Made by a program: the position numbers and the translations under genes. 64,000 nt of DNA from positions 84,756,001 through 84,820,000 of the forward strand of contig CM052816.1 of assembly GCA_028534125.1 (NCBI GenBank), given 5' to 3'. How positions within the stretch are numbered: the first letter of the stretch is position 1; each line of letters opens with the position of its first letter. Of the stretch, positions 26,490 through 39,775 are shown piece by piece. The stretch comes from Lama glama. Taxonomy: Eukaryota. The notes under the pieces are model-generated. The model searched no databases. It was given only the letters and a program-made list of their open reading frames with translations, and had not been told where the DNA came from.

Positions 26490-26617
26490 TTAGCTTGAAT
26501 GTGGTAATCATTTCACAATGTATGTATACATATATCGAAAAAGCATATTGTGCATCTTAAATATATACAAGTTTTAATTGTCAGATGTACCTCAATAAAG
26601 CTGGAGGGAAAAAAGAA
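26490..26617 (+). mobile_element. L1MA-type 3' terminus with polyA signal and A-rich tail
   Basis: GTGGTAATCATTTCACAATGTAT...TACCTCAATAAAGCTGGAGGGAAAAAAGAA. Confidence 0.85.
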
Positions 26618-27255
26618 CCTAATAATAAAATGGCTAGTATTGATTGATTTTAAAACGTTAGATTTACTGTGTTATGGAAGATAAAATCCAAGACAAACAC
26701 TAGAAATTACAAAATGCTTAACTAACCTATAGGCATGCTCAAAAGAAAGACTTGATCTTGGGAGAGCCTTGGGATAAGCAAAAATGATACTTTCAAACAG
26801 TAAAATGAATATGCGAGAAAGCAAATTAGAGAATGACACTTTTGGGGACTAGAAGTAATTCAGAGTTGCCAGAATCTACAAGGTAGTTGGAAAAGAGAGT
26901 GATGACACTGAATAAGAGATAATAAGTGAACAGTTCTGGGTGAATAATTTAAGCCATAATAACTGAAGTGGACTTTACAATAAAGGCAATAAGAAAGCTT
27001 TTAAGTAGGATGAAGGTAGAATTATTACGATAAGAAATAATAAAATTGAAAATCATCATAATAATCATGGTAAGAAACAATTAGTTTTAATCACTGAAAC
27101 CCCCATATCACCCTCTTGCAAAGATTATTAAATTGAGACTCTATTTAAAAAAAGGATCATGAAAAATACAGAAAATATAGTAGTGTTAAAAACAAGAAAG
27201 AAGACACAAGTGCAGATTTTAATATATGTGTACTTATATTGACTTAATAAACGAT

Positions 27256-27718
27256 TGTTGGGAGGCAATTTGCCAAGGGCTTCTTACACTACATGTCTGA
27301 GTGTGTTGAGATTACAAAGCTCAACAACTCTTTCATCCAGGTCATTTTTTTCTCCAGATGTTTGTGCAACTAGAAATCTTGAAAGCTGAGAAAATGTCTC
27401 TCCCTGAACAAAAAGCAGAGTTGTTTACTGTAAAAATGAAAGACTCTTTAAGATCCCTCTGTGTGAAAAAGTCCCTTGGTATGCAACATACTGCCCATGC
27501 AGACTTTATTTGACCCTCTTTGTAACCTCCTGGGACTTGGGACCAAAGGAAACTTACACAAGTGTCTGCCATTCCTAGTACTGGCTGTGCTGAGAATAAT
27601 TAAATTATTTGTCTCTGACCCAGAAGTTTCATGTCTTCTGTTAGTATCCATGGAACTGTGACAGACTGACTCACTAGCTTACATGAGGGGTAAAACCCAT
27701 CTCCTTGTAATTATGTCA
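27256..27718 (+). mobile_element. LTR40-family solo ERVL LTR
   Basis: Starts TGTTGGGAGGCAATT; 3' TTTGTCTCTGACCCAGAAG..TGTCTTCTG..ATCCATGGAACTGTG..GGGTAAAA; ends CA. Confidence 0.8.
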
Positions 27719-28224
27719 AATGACACAATTAAATTTGAAAGCATAAATGAAATGTTTAGTATTCTATAAAATGCAAAAGCCACTCATCTTTGGAAACTGA
27801 ACATTTTTGGAGAGTTCTTCCAAATTATTGAAGAATCTTAATGACAAAATCTTTCCACAGGGAAAAGATTAAGAAAAAGCAATTCATTATATAATTATAC
27901 TGTAATTTTGAAAAGGAATAAACAAGGGTGAACTCTGCAGATCAATCTCAATTATGAACATGGCTTCAAAAATCAAATAAAATGATCAGTTTAGTATGTG
28001 AATCAAATAATACTGTACAGAACATATGATCTCAGGTAACAGTTTATAAAACTCCAGCTCTGCTTAAATAATTTCTTATGATTTTAGCATCTGAATTTTC
28101 TGGAGACATAGGAGAGAATTCTGGATTGGGATCTGTGAACATAAATAACTATTCTTTTTTTTTTTAATATATGTATTAGTTTAAGAATTCAGTTCTAGCC
28201 TTGACTAAAAATATATTAGATGGC

Positions 28225-28320
28225 TGACTTCTTGAGGAGAAAAGTCATTTTCTTTATATTGACAGCACCCAGCATAATGTCAGACATTTGGAAAACTATT
28301 AGTAAGTATTTAATATTAAC
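28225..28320 (+). mobile_element. L2 3' end fragment
   Basis: CTTCTTGAGG...CAGCACCCAGCATAATGTC...AGTAAGTATTT. Confidence 0.45.
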
Positions 28321-29124
28321 GTGAGTTATTTGAAAGTCTCCTAAAAGCCCTGCATTTTATTGAGTCTGCTACATATATCTATTTTCATATTCACAGCAGA
28401 ACATGGAAAGTGCGATTCAGAGAGATTATGTAAACTTGACTTCCTCATCTGCAAGAGGAAGAGTTTATACTGTTATTTTAAATTTGTAATGCAAAGTTTG
28501 TAAGTATTGCCTAAATGAATTGTATTAGTCTTCTAATGCTGCTATTAAAAGTTACCACTAATTTAGTGGCCTAAAAGTAAGAATTTGTAATTCATAGCTG
28601 AGGAATTTAGAGGCAGAGATTTAAGTGGTCCACTTTTACTGTTTCCTTCTTTGTGCATTGCAACTAAAGGCAATTGACTGATAAGTGAACAGGTCTAGTG
28701 GATAGTTCAAATACTTTTTAGTTATGAGGAAATGCTGTAGTGTTTGTTCCATACATGTGTTCAAACATAAATACACTTCCATTGATGCATGATAGTATAA
28801 TGCAAAAGAGATACAAATGTACATCATAATCAGTAAGAATATCACAGATTAAGTATTTATTATAGTCAGATCTAGATAGACAGATGGCATGATAAAACAC
28901 CTAAACTACTTCCTCTGGGTAAGGTTTCTATGCTCAACATGAATAGAGGTATATTCCTTTCAGTGAGTCTGAGAAAGGCTAGTGAAATCCCTTTACAACT
29001 TTTGCAGTATTTAAGAAAAGAGCATTTGTTGTTGTGTGTGTCCTGTATTCTATTTTCATACAATCTCACCTAGATTTAGGAACCAAATATAACATAAACA
29101 CACACCCCATATTTGAAATCTGAC

Positions 29125-29225
29125 AAATATATGTATATTTTATATGATATTTTATAATAAACTATATTTATATATAGACTATATTTTATAATAAAATTTT
29201 ACATAATATATATTATATATAATAA
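29125..29225. repeat. AT-rich low-complexity tract
   Basis: Degenerate TATATTTTATA units. Confidence 0.8.
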
Positions 29226-31036
29226 TCCCCCATCCCTTTCTATGTTAGTCTCTAAGCTTGTTACTTTAGTTAAGAAACTAAATGTGTTTCTTTGTGACAA
29301 TTTATCAATATCAATGGTTGTTTACCTTACTTTCATATCAATTTTTCTCCATGTCTAATCATGCTTATAAAAAAGATAATACTTTACCCAAAGGATGAAT
29401 AATTTTGTTGCTTAGGGATGGAGGCTATTTATTGCTCCTATGTGCTCAATTACAGGTGGTGGAAGACAACAAATATGACAGCGTGTGAAGTCAAATAGTT
29501 TTCCAAGTAGTTGGAAAAGATACATAAAATGGCTTCAGCCAGATTTTTTAATCCCTGTGGGGAAAAGTAATGAGGGAAGACATCCCATTACCACCTACAT
29601 TACCATTCATTTATATATACCTCTGAGGCTGGCTTTAAGATAGATTCTTTTTTCCCAAAAGAAATAATAAACAAAACAAAAAATAAAAACAAAAAACACA
29701 AAAACCCCTCAATCTTGTTTTCTATTAGATTTATTTTTCCTGCAGAGAAAAAAGTAAAGGTGGAAAACAGGGCTGTACCTGGGAATAAAGCATATTCATT
29801 CTTGCATTCCAAGCTTAAGGCAGTCTACTCTCGCCATCAGCACAAAAAGTGACTCAGTATAACGTGGCCCCTTGCTAGCAGAGTTCCAGAGTGAAAGGGG
29901 TCACTGGGAATAAGGTTAGGAGAGTTTAGCTCTAATTTTCCCACACTTGTGATTTAGAAGCGGGTCCCCAGATGATCGTTCACAACCCCAGGCCCTCCTC
30001 TACACAGTCTGCCCTAAATCTATTAGGATCAGTCCAATTTTATCCTTTATTCTTATTTGTAGTAACCATAAGAAATCTCAGATTCAGTCATTCCTCATCT
30101 CCCCAAATTCAGTCTCCTTTAAAGTTCTGTGATTCCTTTTTCTCCCCTTATTCTATCATCCGTGTTCCTGACACCCTGACACTGTGTCTGTGGAATTAGT
30201 GCACATTCTGAGATAAAATTCTCTGACCAATCCTTTCAATTTATTTTTTCTGATGAAACATGGATCACCTTTGAGGACATAGATTCCACTGCTGGAACCT
30301 GTTTTAGTGTCTACAACTCTCATACCTGCGAGATGGATATTTTCTTTAGATTTTATTCCTGGCTCCAGGCCTTTTTCCTCTCTTCCCCCTAAAGACCTTT
30401 GGCTTTGATTCTCATATGTATTATCAGATTCTCTGACCCACTAACCTCTACTGTTGCTGACATCTATGACCTCCTGTTTCCCATTCCTGATTCACCCTCA
30501 TAGCTCAAATCTTTTATCACCTGTTCCAATACTACTCCCATCTTCATTCTCTGTGGTTGCAATGCACACCTAGATGATCATTTCAAGGCCTGTACCTCAG
30601 TTCCTTGAACTCCAATTCTCTGAATCCTTGAATTCATCTCAGCTATAATCTTTCATGGGTTTATTCATAATCTAGGTCTTGTGGTTACCAAAGAATGTAA
30701 CACCTCCTTGATCTGAAGTTCTTGTATTATATTCCTTTTTTGTACTTTGTTGTATTCTATTCTTTGATCACCACCTCTTCTCTCTAATACACTCTATCAT
30801 CCTAACCTGAAGGAAACTTCAAATCCTTTGAAATCTCCATTCGTTTGATACCAATACTCTTTTACTTAATGTCTTATATTTCTCATTTCTCAGATTTAAT
30901 TCCATGCCCATGAAATAATTTAACAGACATACACCATGTGCAAAACACTATTTTAAGTATATATTAGAAAACAAAGATAAAAAGACTTCTGCCTTCATGA
31001 ATCTTACAGTATAATCATTCCTTTGCATATATCCTA

Positions 31037-31385
31037 GTGTTTTAGTCTGTTTGGACTAAAGTATCCTATGATAAGAAATGACCCCCAAATATTAGTGACT
31101 TCTCAAAACAAGACTTTAAATCTTATCTATATTACATGCACATTGTGAGTTGCCTTAGGTTCCCCTCCATCTAACTAGGGTCAGTCTATATCTTGAACTT
31201 GTCCATCATGGTACACAGAGAGGAAATATGGCACACTGATATGACAGCCCTAAAAGTTCCTGCTTCTAAGTGTAATATGAATATGTCACTTCCACTAAAA
31301 TGTTATTGGCACAAATAATATGGTCAGGATTGAAAGTGTAAGATACCTAAGGATGAGGACCACAAGAAGGGGCCTGATAGAGTTT
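31037..31385 (-). mobile_element. Old MLT1 (I/J/L-like) LTR nested in L2
   Basis: ATAAGAAATGACCCCCAAATATTAGTGACTT...TGTCACTTCCACTAAAATGTTATTGGC. Confidence 0.6.
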
Positions 31386-31588
31386 TGTTCTTTCTCAATA
31401 ATCAAACTTAAGTGGCAAAATGTAGCCTTAGCTAATTCCAATTGTCTCTCACTTGTGCCCATACTACTGAATATGGCTAGAGGGAAAAAAAATATACCAA
31501 CTCATGAACTGGCTAAACTGGTCACCAAATGGGGTGACCATAAATATCAAGTGAGTTATTAATGATGCCAAGAAATAAACAATAGGTC

Positions 31589-32004
31589 TATGATGTTGAA
31601 TTTGTTCCCCTAAAATTCATATTGTGGAAGTCGTAAACCCTAGTATCTCAGAATGTGACCTTATTTGGAGATAGGATCTCTACATAGATAATTAAGTGAA
31701 AATGGGGTCATTAGAGTGCACCCTAATGCCCTGTGACTGGTGTCCTTATAAAGAGGGGACATTTGGTCACAGAGACACACAGAAGGAAGATGGCATATGA
31801 AGACACACAGGGAAAAGACAGCCTTCTACAAACCAAGTAGAGAGGCATGGGACAAATTCTTCCCTTTCAGCCCCAGAAGGAATCAACTAGGCTGACACTG
31901 CAGTTTTGGACTTCAAGCATCCAGAACTGTGAGGCGATACATTTCTGTTGTTTAAGCCATACGACCTGGTTGTTTTGTTATGGCAGCCCCAGCAAACTAA
32001 TATA
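31589..32004 (+). mobile_element. MLT1B solo LTR nested in L2
   Basis: AAAATTCATAT..TCTCAGAATGTGACCTTATTTGGAGATAGG..CCAGAACTGTGAG..TGTTATGGCAGCCCCAGCAAACTAATA. Confidence 0.9.
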
Positions 32005-32576
32005 ATCTCTAAGATATTCGCTTGCTTATTCTCCATCTCACAACATACCCCTCCCCGCTTCTCACTAGCAGTAACTCATGCCCCATTCTCAGCCTGATGA
32101 TGACTTCATTTCCTCCTACTCTAGAATATTAGGGCATCAGAAAATATCAGAAGGTGCCTTCTACAGGCTCTGTCTATAAAGCATCCTCACCCAACACCAT
32201 CTGCATAAACATACCCTGTATTACTGCTGAAAGTCATAGACGGAAAATCCTTGCTTCCACCTGACACAGATCCTTTCACTCTCCTCCTCTTATCTCTTTA
32301 AGGATGTCACTTCAGCAATTCTCTTCTTTCCTTTCTGCTTAACTAAATCTTCCTTCTCTATTATATTTTCGTTATCACATAGCTTTTTATCAAAAAAGTA
32401 ATAATGTTTTTGTCTCCCTTTCCTTATCAGATACAACACTATTCCTTTGCTCTTGTTTGCAGCAAACACTGAAATTATTGACGATTCTTATTGTTTCCAG
32501 TTCCTCCCCCATTTCCTTTTAATTTTGCTCAGATCAGACTCTCTTACCTACTGTTGTATTACATCCACCCTCATTC

Positions 32577-33115
32577 TAGTGGACAGAACATAAAAAGACC
32601 CTTATAATCCCTGCCTTTTAATATTTATGTCCTTGTATAATCCCTTCCTCTTCAATATGGGTAGGAAATGTGACTGTCTTTTAACCATTACAATATGGCA
32701 AAGGTGAAGAGTTATATGTGATCATGTTCAAGTGATTATGTAACTCAAATGAGCCTTTTGCTAAGATTCTCTGTCCCTTAATGGCTTTGATAAAGCAAGT
32801 GAACATATTGAAGAGGCTCACATGTTTGGGGGTCAAATTCTGGCTAACAAAAAACCGAGGACAGGCTCTGGTCAACAGCAAAAAACAGCCCATCAGGAAT
32901 TGACTTCTGGCAACAATCAGACTTCTGGCACATGAACTTGGGGAAGGTCCTTCCACAGGTGAAATGGGACCCAGCTGACACCTTGACTGTGTCTTTCAGA
33001 GAATGTCCTGTAGCAGAGAACCTAGGAAAGTCACGCATAGATTCTTAACCCAAAGAATCTGTGAGATTTAAAAAAAATGTGTTGTTTTAAGCCACTAAGT
33101 CTGGAAGATAATTAA
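32577..33115 (+). mobile_element. MLT1E/F-like LTR nested in L2
   Basis: CCTTGTATAATCCCTTCCTCTT..AATATGGCAAAGGTGA..GCTGACACCTTGACTG..GTTTTAAGCCACTAAGT. Confidence 0.8.
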
Positions 33116-33384
33116 TCCTCACCCAGGTCACTAACAACTGCCATGATATTAAATCAATGATCACTCTTATACGGCCTCTTAACTGTTCTATCAGCTGTAG
33201 TTAACATGGCTTGTCACTCCCTTCTTGTTTTTTTGGCTCCTAGATCTATCACATCCTTGCTTTTCCATCTAATGCTCTGGTTGATATTTCTCAGTCTCCT
33301 TTGCTGAGTCCTCATTTTCCTTCCACATTTTTACTGCATGAATTTCCTTGGGCTCTAGATACAGGCAATGATCTATATTTCAGT

Positions 33385-33860
33385 TAGAACTGTTTGCCTT
33401 CAAGAAATTGAAACTTAAGTCTATCTTTAACAAAGAGAAATTTATTATCTCATTTTTTTTTAAAACACAGAAAGGACAGAAGTATAGCTGGGCACAATGA
33501 GAGACTAGATCCTGGTATCCAGAGTCACCATCACATTCCCTGTTATTTCTCTCTCTCTTTCTCTGGTCTCTGTAGGCCAGCTTGTTGTCTCATTGCATCA
33601 AAAAATCCCCCAGTTCTGTGATCACTTTTTTATTTCAACCTCAGTGTCAAATATGCATGTTTTCTTCCCCTAGAATCTGTATAGAAAAGCCTAGGAAGGA
33701 CTCAGATAGTCTTATCCTGGATGCTGGAGGAATGTCACCCAGAAAATATGACTTTAGTTACGGGGTAAAGATACATTTCATGAAGTAGGAGTTGCATTTT
33801 TAGAACATCAAAAAGAAAAAAAAAAACAGGAAAGAAAAGGGTAAATAACCATCCTACAAC
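33385..33860 (-). mobile_element. Old MLT1-like LTR
   Basis: AACAAAGAGAAATTTATTATCTCAT and later AGAAAAGCCTAGGAAGGACTC blocks. Confidence 0.4.
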
Positions 33861-33944
33861 AGTAAATTTTACTAACTTTTCTCATTGAATTGCTTAAACA
33901 GTTTTGAAATTCTCTTCCTGAAATCTAGGATAATACTAATAACA

Positions 33945-34180
33945 ATAATAATACTATTTAGCTTCTTTTTATCTCACTATGTCTATGAACTCTAAACATT
34001 TTACAAGCATCTCATGTGATCCTAAAGAATCCTTAAGGTATAAATACAATTATTATTCTCATTAGCACCAGAGGAAATCCAAGTGTTTAAGGGAACTTTC
34101 CAAAGTATTCTTGTTATTAACTAAGTACAGCTTCTGTTTAAATATAGGCTAGCTGACTCCAGATGCATGTGCTAGCCATT
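33945..34180 (-). mobile_element. MIR
   Basis: TCTAAACATTTTACAAGCATCTCATGTGATCCT..GAGGAAA..CTGACTCCAGA. Confidence 0.65.
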
Positions 34181-34234
34181 AAAGGTCACTGATGATGCTT
34201 GTTTCTTTGTGGGAGCAGGCGCCTCCTGGCAGTT

Positions 34235-34480
34235 AGTAGCATGGGCTTTGATGTCAAACAGTTCTGGGTTTTGAAACGATTCTTCTGATTCTTAACCATG
34301 TAACCTAGCTTCTTAACCATGTAACCTAGCCACCGATGTTAAGCCTCTCTTCTGAGCCTTACTTCCCAATAGGAGAACTGAATAGCAGAGTAATAATATC
34401 CACATGTGATGAATTAAATAAGATAATGTACTTGCAGGCTTTCTTGCTTTTATAGTGCTCACTATTAACTATTATTATTG
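34235..34480 (+). mobile_element. MIR containing a perfect 21-bp tandem duplication
   Basis: AGCATGGGCTTTGATGTCAAACAGTTCTGGGTT..CTGAGCCT..AATTAAATAAGATAATGTA. Confidence 0.7.
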
Positions 34481-34699
34481 TGAAGATTAAGATGTCAGAG
34501 TCACTTTCTTCCAAGCAGATACAATTCACATTTTCAACTTTAAAAAAAATAATTAAATTTTAATTAAATGAATTTTGGGGAAATTACATTTGAACACAGG
34601 GTGATATAGTAAACTCTAAGAAAACTGAAGAAGCAGAGGATAAAAGCAACTTAGATTTTTATGCCTATCTGAGCACTGGGAACCAGCTATTTGAAGTCA

Positions 34700-35160
34700 G
34701 TCAGACTGCATTGCATATCAATTTGAAACTTTTGACCCCACAGTGTCACACACACTAACTGATGAAGTGACTTTCCCTTCCCCTTGACTTTGGGTTCAAC
34801 CCTCTAACCTAATTTGGTTAATAGAATAAGGCAGAAATTATGGCAGGCCATTCTGACCTTTGGCCTCACCTTTTACCACTTTCCCTCTTATGCTGCTGCT
34901 GTATCTGTGAAAAACGGAATGTGTCAAGGCTAGTCTACTTGACTCAAAAGGTAGGTGAGAGGCACATTAAGCGGAATCACACCCAATCCTAATAGGGTGA
35001 TCAAGCCTAGTGAAGATCAGCAGACCTCCCAGCTAAGCCCAACAGCCAACAGTCAGTAAATCTAAGGATCCATAACAGTAAATTATACTTTCTTCAAGCA
35101 GCTAGTTTTTGGGTGATTTGTTGCGTACCACTTCTTATGACAAATAGTATGAACTAAATC
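34700..35160 (+). mobile_element. MLT1I/J-like LTR
   Basis: CTTCCCCTTGACTTTGGG..AATAGAATAAGGCAGAA..AGTTTTTGGGTGATTTGTTGC. Confidence 0.65.
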
Positions 35161-35169
35161 TCTACTAGA

Positions 35170-35290
35170 AAGATGATAGATGATACAGTAGATAGATAGA
35201 TCAATTGATATATACACATACACATATATTTATGAAATAAATGCCTATAAATATATCATATATATATTTATACAGAGAGAGAGAGAGAGA
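35170..35290. repeat. Compound GATA/TA/GA simple repeat
   Basis: Read directly. Confidence 0.8.
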
Positions 35291-37589
35291 ATGCAGGTAT
35301 ATACTATATCAGCCTGGCTAGTTACTTAAAGTCACATCAAAATGACAATATCTACCATACTTAATAGCTTTGGCTGGCTCTCTAATTAAAGAATATTTTC
35401 TCCTAGGTTGGATTGAGAGTGTTCAGAATATGGTAGCCATCACCTCCAACTGACCAATAGCGATATCCACTCCATTATTAAAAACTAGCTCCTTCAAATT
35501 CAACTTCAATCAATAATAAATTATTGAACTTTTGTTCATTAAACTATTGATTAAACTTTTGTTCATTGTACTATTGACCTTTGTTCAGACGTTAGAACAT
35601 TGTTCTAGAAAGTTATTAGATATGAAACTTGGTTTAAAAGTTTAGTATTTTTAGTAAATTCCACTGAAGCCTTAGGAACTCTTTTCTTCTTTGTATTCTT
35701 TCTGTGACTGAACTAATCAAGCTCCAGTAACAATATTTTAAAAGATTCATATGTGTTTGAGCCCCTCATCTTTTCCCCTTAAGAGTTGTGTGGGAGGACT
35801 AGATGCTTTGACTAATAAATTACGTTTACAAATCAGTCTTGATGTGGTGGATTACAGAATGATGATCATGACTTTAAGCAGAACACATTTTGTTTAATTC
35901 TTTTATCAGTTTGTACTGGCTAATTATGTGTGAGGAGTTTTATTCTTTCATTTCAAAGGCTTGTCAATGTGTGGGATGACAGTACAGAGGAAGAGAGAAG
36001 TTCTTTTTAATTGCTCCCAGCACAGAACACTTTTTTTTGTGCATAGTTGGGATCTGGAATAATTTGATCCTTACTGCTTCTATCTGAACAAATTTAGACA
36101 ACAAAATAAAAAATATATATAAACAAATACACAAACACACTAGTGTTTTAACATGATTCCCATTAATCCAGTAAGACTGACACTAAAATAAAAACATAGG
36201 TATCAATGAGTTAGTTTGAATAATTGTTAGAGAACAGACTGGAAATTTTGGCTAATTTTTCTTTTTTGCTTGTTATAAATATAGTGACAAACACAAAAGT
36301 TTGCTATATAAATAAGATTTATTTAATTTAGAGTTTTATAAACACTTTAAAAAATTTAGATGGAAAAACAGATGTTGCTACCCATAGTAAATGTTTCATG
36401 ATATTATTAATTTTAACATCCTCCAAATATATTTTCTTCTTATAAATTCTAATTTGAAAATAGCCTTCTAAAATTCAAACTACTAAAATCACTCTGCAAT
36501 TTAAATTAATTTTAAACAAAATAAAGTGAAATAATCTGTGTATGTAATGTATCTATACATACATTTGCAATCAGTTTTTGAAATAATTTGTATAGTAAAT
36601 GTTCTGGAAAATACCTAATATTAATTTAAAAGTACTATAATTCCCTAGAGTTCAGTGTATCAATGCATAAAACAAAGTTACTATAATATTTCTCTTCAAT
36701 TGAAATATTTTCTCCAGGATAAGAAATCAGTTTATTTTTAAAAGTTTACAGTGCATCCAAATATCACATATGTCACATATGACTCTAAAATAAACAGAAG
36801 ATAAAGATATTTGGTTTCAGTCATGCCCTTACTAGTTCTGGGTACACTTCTTTGGGTCATCCCCATTCTTCTGTCTTCTTAGCATCAGGTTATGTAAGTG
36901 TTTGGGCACTATTTTTATCCATTTTTCAGAGTAATTTCCCTCTCTGATTTACCTAGCAACTGAACGGTAGCAGCCAACTCCAGGCTGATGCCAGACCTAG
37001 GCTTAGCACCATGAGTAGCATAATTAATAGCCCTCAGCTCTAGGTCTCCAGTTACCCATGATCCTTAACCCATCCCCGTTGGATGTATTTTTACAGATTT
37101 ACGGTAAAGAATCCATTTATTAGGAAATGGGTGGTTTGGAAGTTCATATATGGAAAAACAACACAAGTAAAATTATATATATGTATCCCCATTAGTATAT
37201 GCTTTCTTTAAAAGAGTAACTCTCCAAAGCTTGTGCACCACGATATATCTTTTGATTTTGGTTCTGGTTTGTATTTGTTCACGTTCTCCTTTGTATGTCT
37301 TTTTTTTTCTTTGTATGGTTCTTCTTTTGTATGTTTTATGTATCATATGTATTTGTTTGCATGTGTGGGTTTATTTAAAGTCAGTAAATGTTATAGAAAA
37401 GACTATACTCAGAAATACTCTTCAGAATATAATTTTGAATTTTGATTGTCATCATAAAAACCCAAATATTTGAAAGTTACTGGTTTGTCCCTTAAAGTAA
37501 TTGTTTTACATGAGCTATGCTTTGTTATGCCCATATGTTATGTTTAGAATAGGAGTATACAATTATTGTTTCATTTGGGACGATTTTAC

Positions 37590-38030
37590 TTGTACATACA
37601 AGTAAACACAAAACCCGGCTCATAATGGCATCATCAGTATGGGAATTTACTGACTTGTTAGTAATTTAGAGAGGAACTTGCAGTCATTTTAAGGTGGCAG
37701 TAACATTAAAAACTTGTTATTTTCACTTCTTTCTGCCTTGCCTTCAACTTCAAACTGGGGTCTTTGTGGTTGCAAGATGATTATTTACATTTCAGAACCA
37801 AAAGATAAATCAGCCAAGTCTAGAAGAAAAAAAACCTTCCCATCTAATATTTGAAGAAAGTACAGATCATCACTTGCTCACTAAATTTACCTACTCAACC
37901 TGGAACTTCATCACTGTGGTGATGAAGCTAGAAATACACTGATGGGCTATTTTATAAGCAGATGCATCCCTGAAGGTCTGGATGTGACCCATCACAAGCC
38001 CATAGCAGGCAGGAAAGTATGAGAGAGCAA
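37590..38030 (-). mobile_element. Old MLT1-like LTR
   Basis: CAAGTAAACACAAAACCCGGCTCATAATGGC..GGGAATTTACTGAC..TGGTTGCAAGATG..ATCACTGTGG. Confidence 0.4.
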
Positions 38031-39299
38031 AGTATATAATTATATTATTCTTAGAGGAATAATAGATAATTATAACAGTTTATAATTATTTCAATGTATT
38101 AACTTCTTGCTGGATAATTTAAAAATATTACCTCAATTATTTTATCCTGTAAATAAATCCTATGTCATAGATAATATAAAAAAGATTGATCTAGAGACTA
38201 TTATTCACTTTGTTATTCAATATAACCTATACAAGAATTCTGTAAGAAATCTGTTTCAGATTTTGGTGCTGGGAAAGCTTCATTTTTTATCCTGATGTGT
38301 GAAATGTATTATTTTTCTTGATAAACAATAAGTATCATTTAATTGATTGAATTTTCTATTGCAAGAAGCTCAGGAACAAATTTGGTGCTAAATATTAATA
38401 CCATGTGTGACCTTAGTGCTTATATATTAGTGTTATAATCTTCCTCCAGTTTCAATCATCCATTCAAATGATATTTTCCTGTTAAAGTACATCTGGGCTT
38501 GGAAAGCAATGGCAACAGCCTGATACAGAATCTTTCTTACCCTTCTGAAACAATGTTAAAATCAACAAGAGTAACAACTGATTTCAACATTACTAGGAGA
38601 CAGAGAACACCACGACCATCGATAATTATTAAATAAAAGGAAATGGAAAAAATATCCCAACTGAACATCAACCATCATTCCATACCAGTTCTCAGCCTGT
38701 GGGTACAGGACACATGCTGGAAAGACTCCATGACAAAGAACAGACAGGAGCGGAGGACTTAGAGGGAGCACACAAAATCATTCTCAGAAAAGGAAAGTGA
38801 AATAATAAATATACTAAACACAGAGTGGGAATTGTTAGTTCATAATATTCACAGACTAATGATTTTGCTTGCTTATTTTATTTAGTTATGAACTTAAAGC
38901 TGAAAATATGTGGAATCAGTGTCAACTTTGGAGAAGCTGTACTTCTGGGGAAGAATCAGAGAAGAGATGACAAACCTTGAAGATGACGTAGTGAAGAAAA
39001 TGAAGGAAACAGAGGGGGAAAATAAGTATCTTGCCAAAATGAAAGAAAACAAACACCATGTTTTTCCTTTCTCTCCTCACAAAAACAAACCAAACCAAAC
39101 CAAAACACAACAAAACACAGAATTGGGCAGAACTGACAGAAGAAGGAACAGCAACTAGGAACTCTGCTAGTTTTTAGTTTATTTATTCTAAATAAGAATA
39201 AAAAAACAGAAAACATCAGTACAAAACTGCTACAGAAAGTCAGATGCTGCAAAATACAGATTTTCTACTGGTAGACAGACTCAACAACAATTGAACCAT

Positions 39300-39775
39300 G
39301 AAGCTGAGGAAAACTCATGGGACATTGCCAACTGAACTAAATATCCTAAAAAACTAGAAATATGAAATATTGGATGAATAAAAGATACCTAAGAATAAAT
39401 GTATAAAAGGATTTAAAAAAATTAAATTTGACTGAAATCAGGAAAGGAATACATGTAAATGACAAAATTGTATTAGAAATAAAGACAAAATTACAGAGTA
39501 CCTAAGATAGTACAGATTTGAATGAAGCCTTAATAAAAAATATCAAATCAAGGCAGGAAAATAATCAAGACAGTAAAACAGATTTTTGTTCATTTGTTTT
39601 TAAAGTTTAAAGGAGCAGAGCAAAAGTGTTTGAGAAGGAAGAAAAGCAAAGAAGGGTGAATATTTGTATTATTGGTTTCCCTGAAGAAAAACATCAAAAT
39701 AATGGACCAGAACTAATACTTTAAACCATAATCCAGAAATATTTCCAAAAATAAAATAGACTTGATACACACAGT
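39300..39775 (+). mobile_element. L1/HAL1-type ORF1 remnant (coiled coil to RRM)
   Basis: About 39638-39750 translates EEKQRRVNICIIGFPEEKHQNNGPELIL*TIIQKYFPK, matching the ORF1p RRxNIxIIGxPE...ENFP motif. Confidence 0.7.

Larger units (their letters stand above)
30080..33360 (+). mobile_element. Long L2 ORF2 remnant (endonuclease through RT), split by nested insertions
   Basis: Decayed motifs in order: ETWI 30255, ILCGCNAHLD 30546 (ILGDFNIH), LGLVVT 30672, FDHHL 30763, QVTNN 33124, then an LDLSAAFDTVDH-like block. Confidence 0.75.

Noticed and set aside
35593..35607. AGAACA-T-TGTTCT as a glucocorticoid/androgen response element
   Set aside because: The spacer is 1 nt rather than the required 3 nt.
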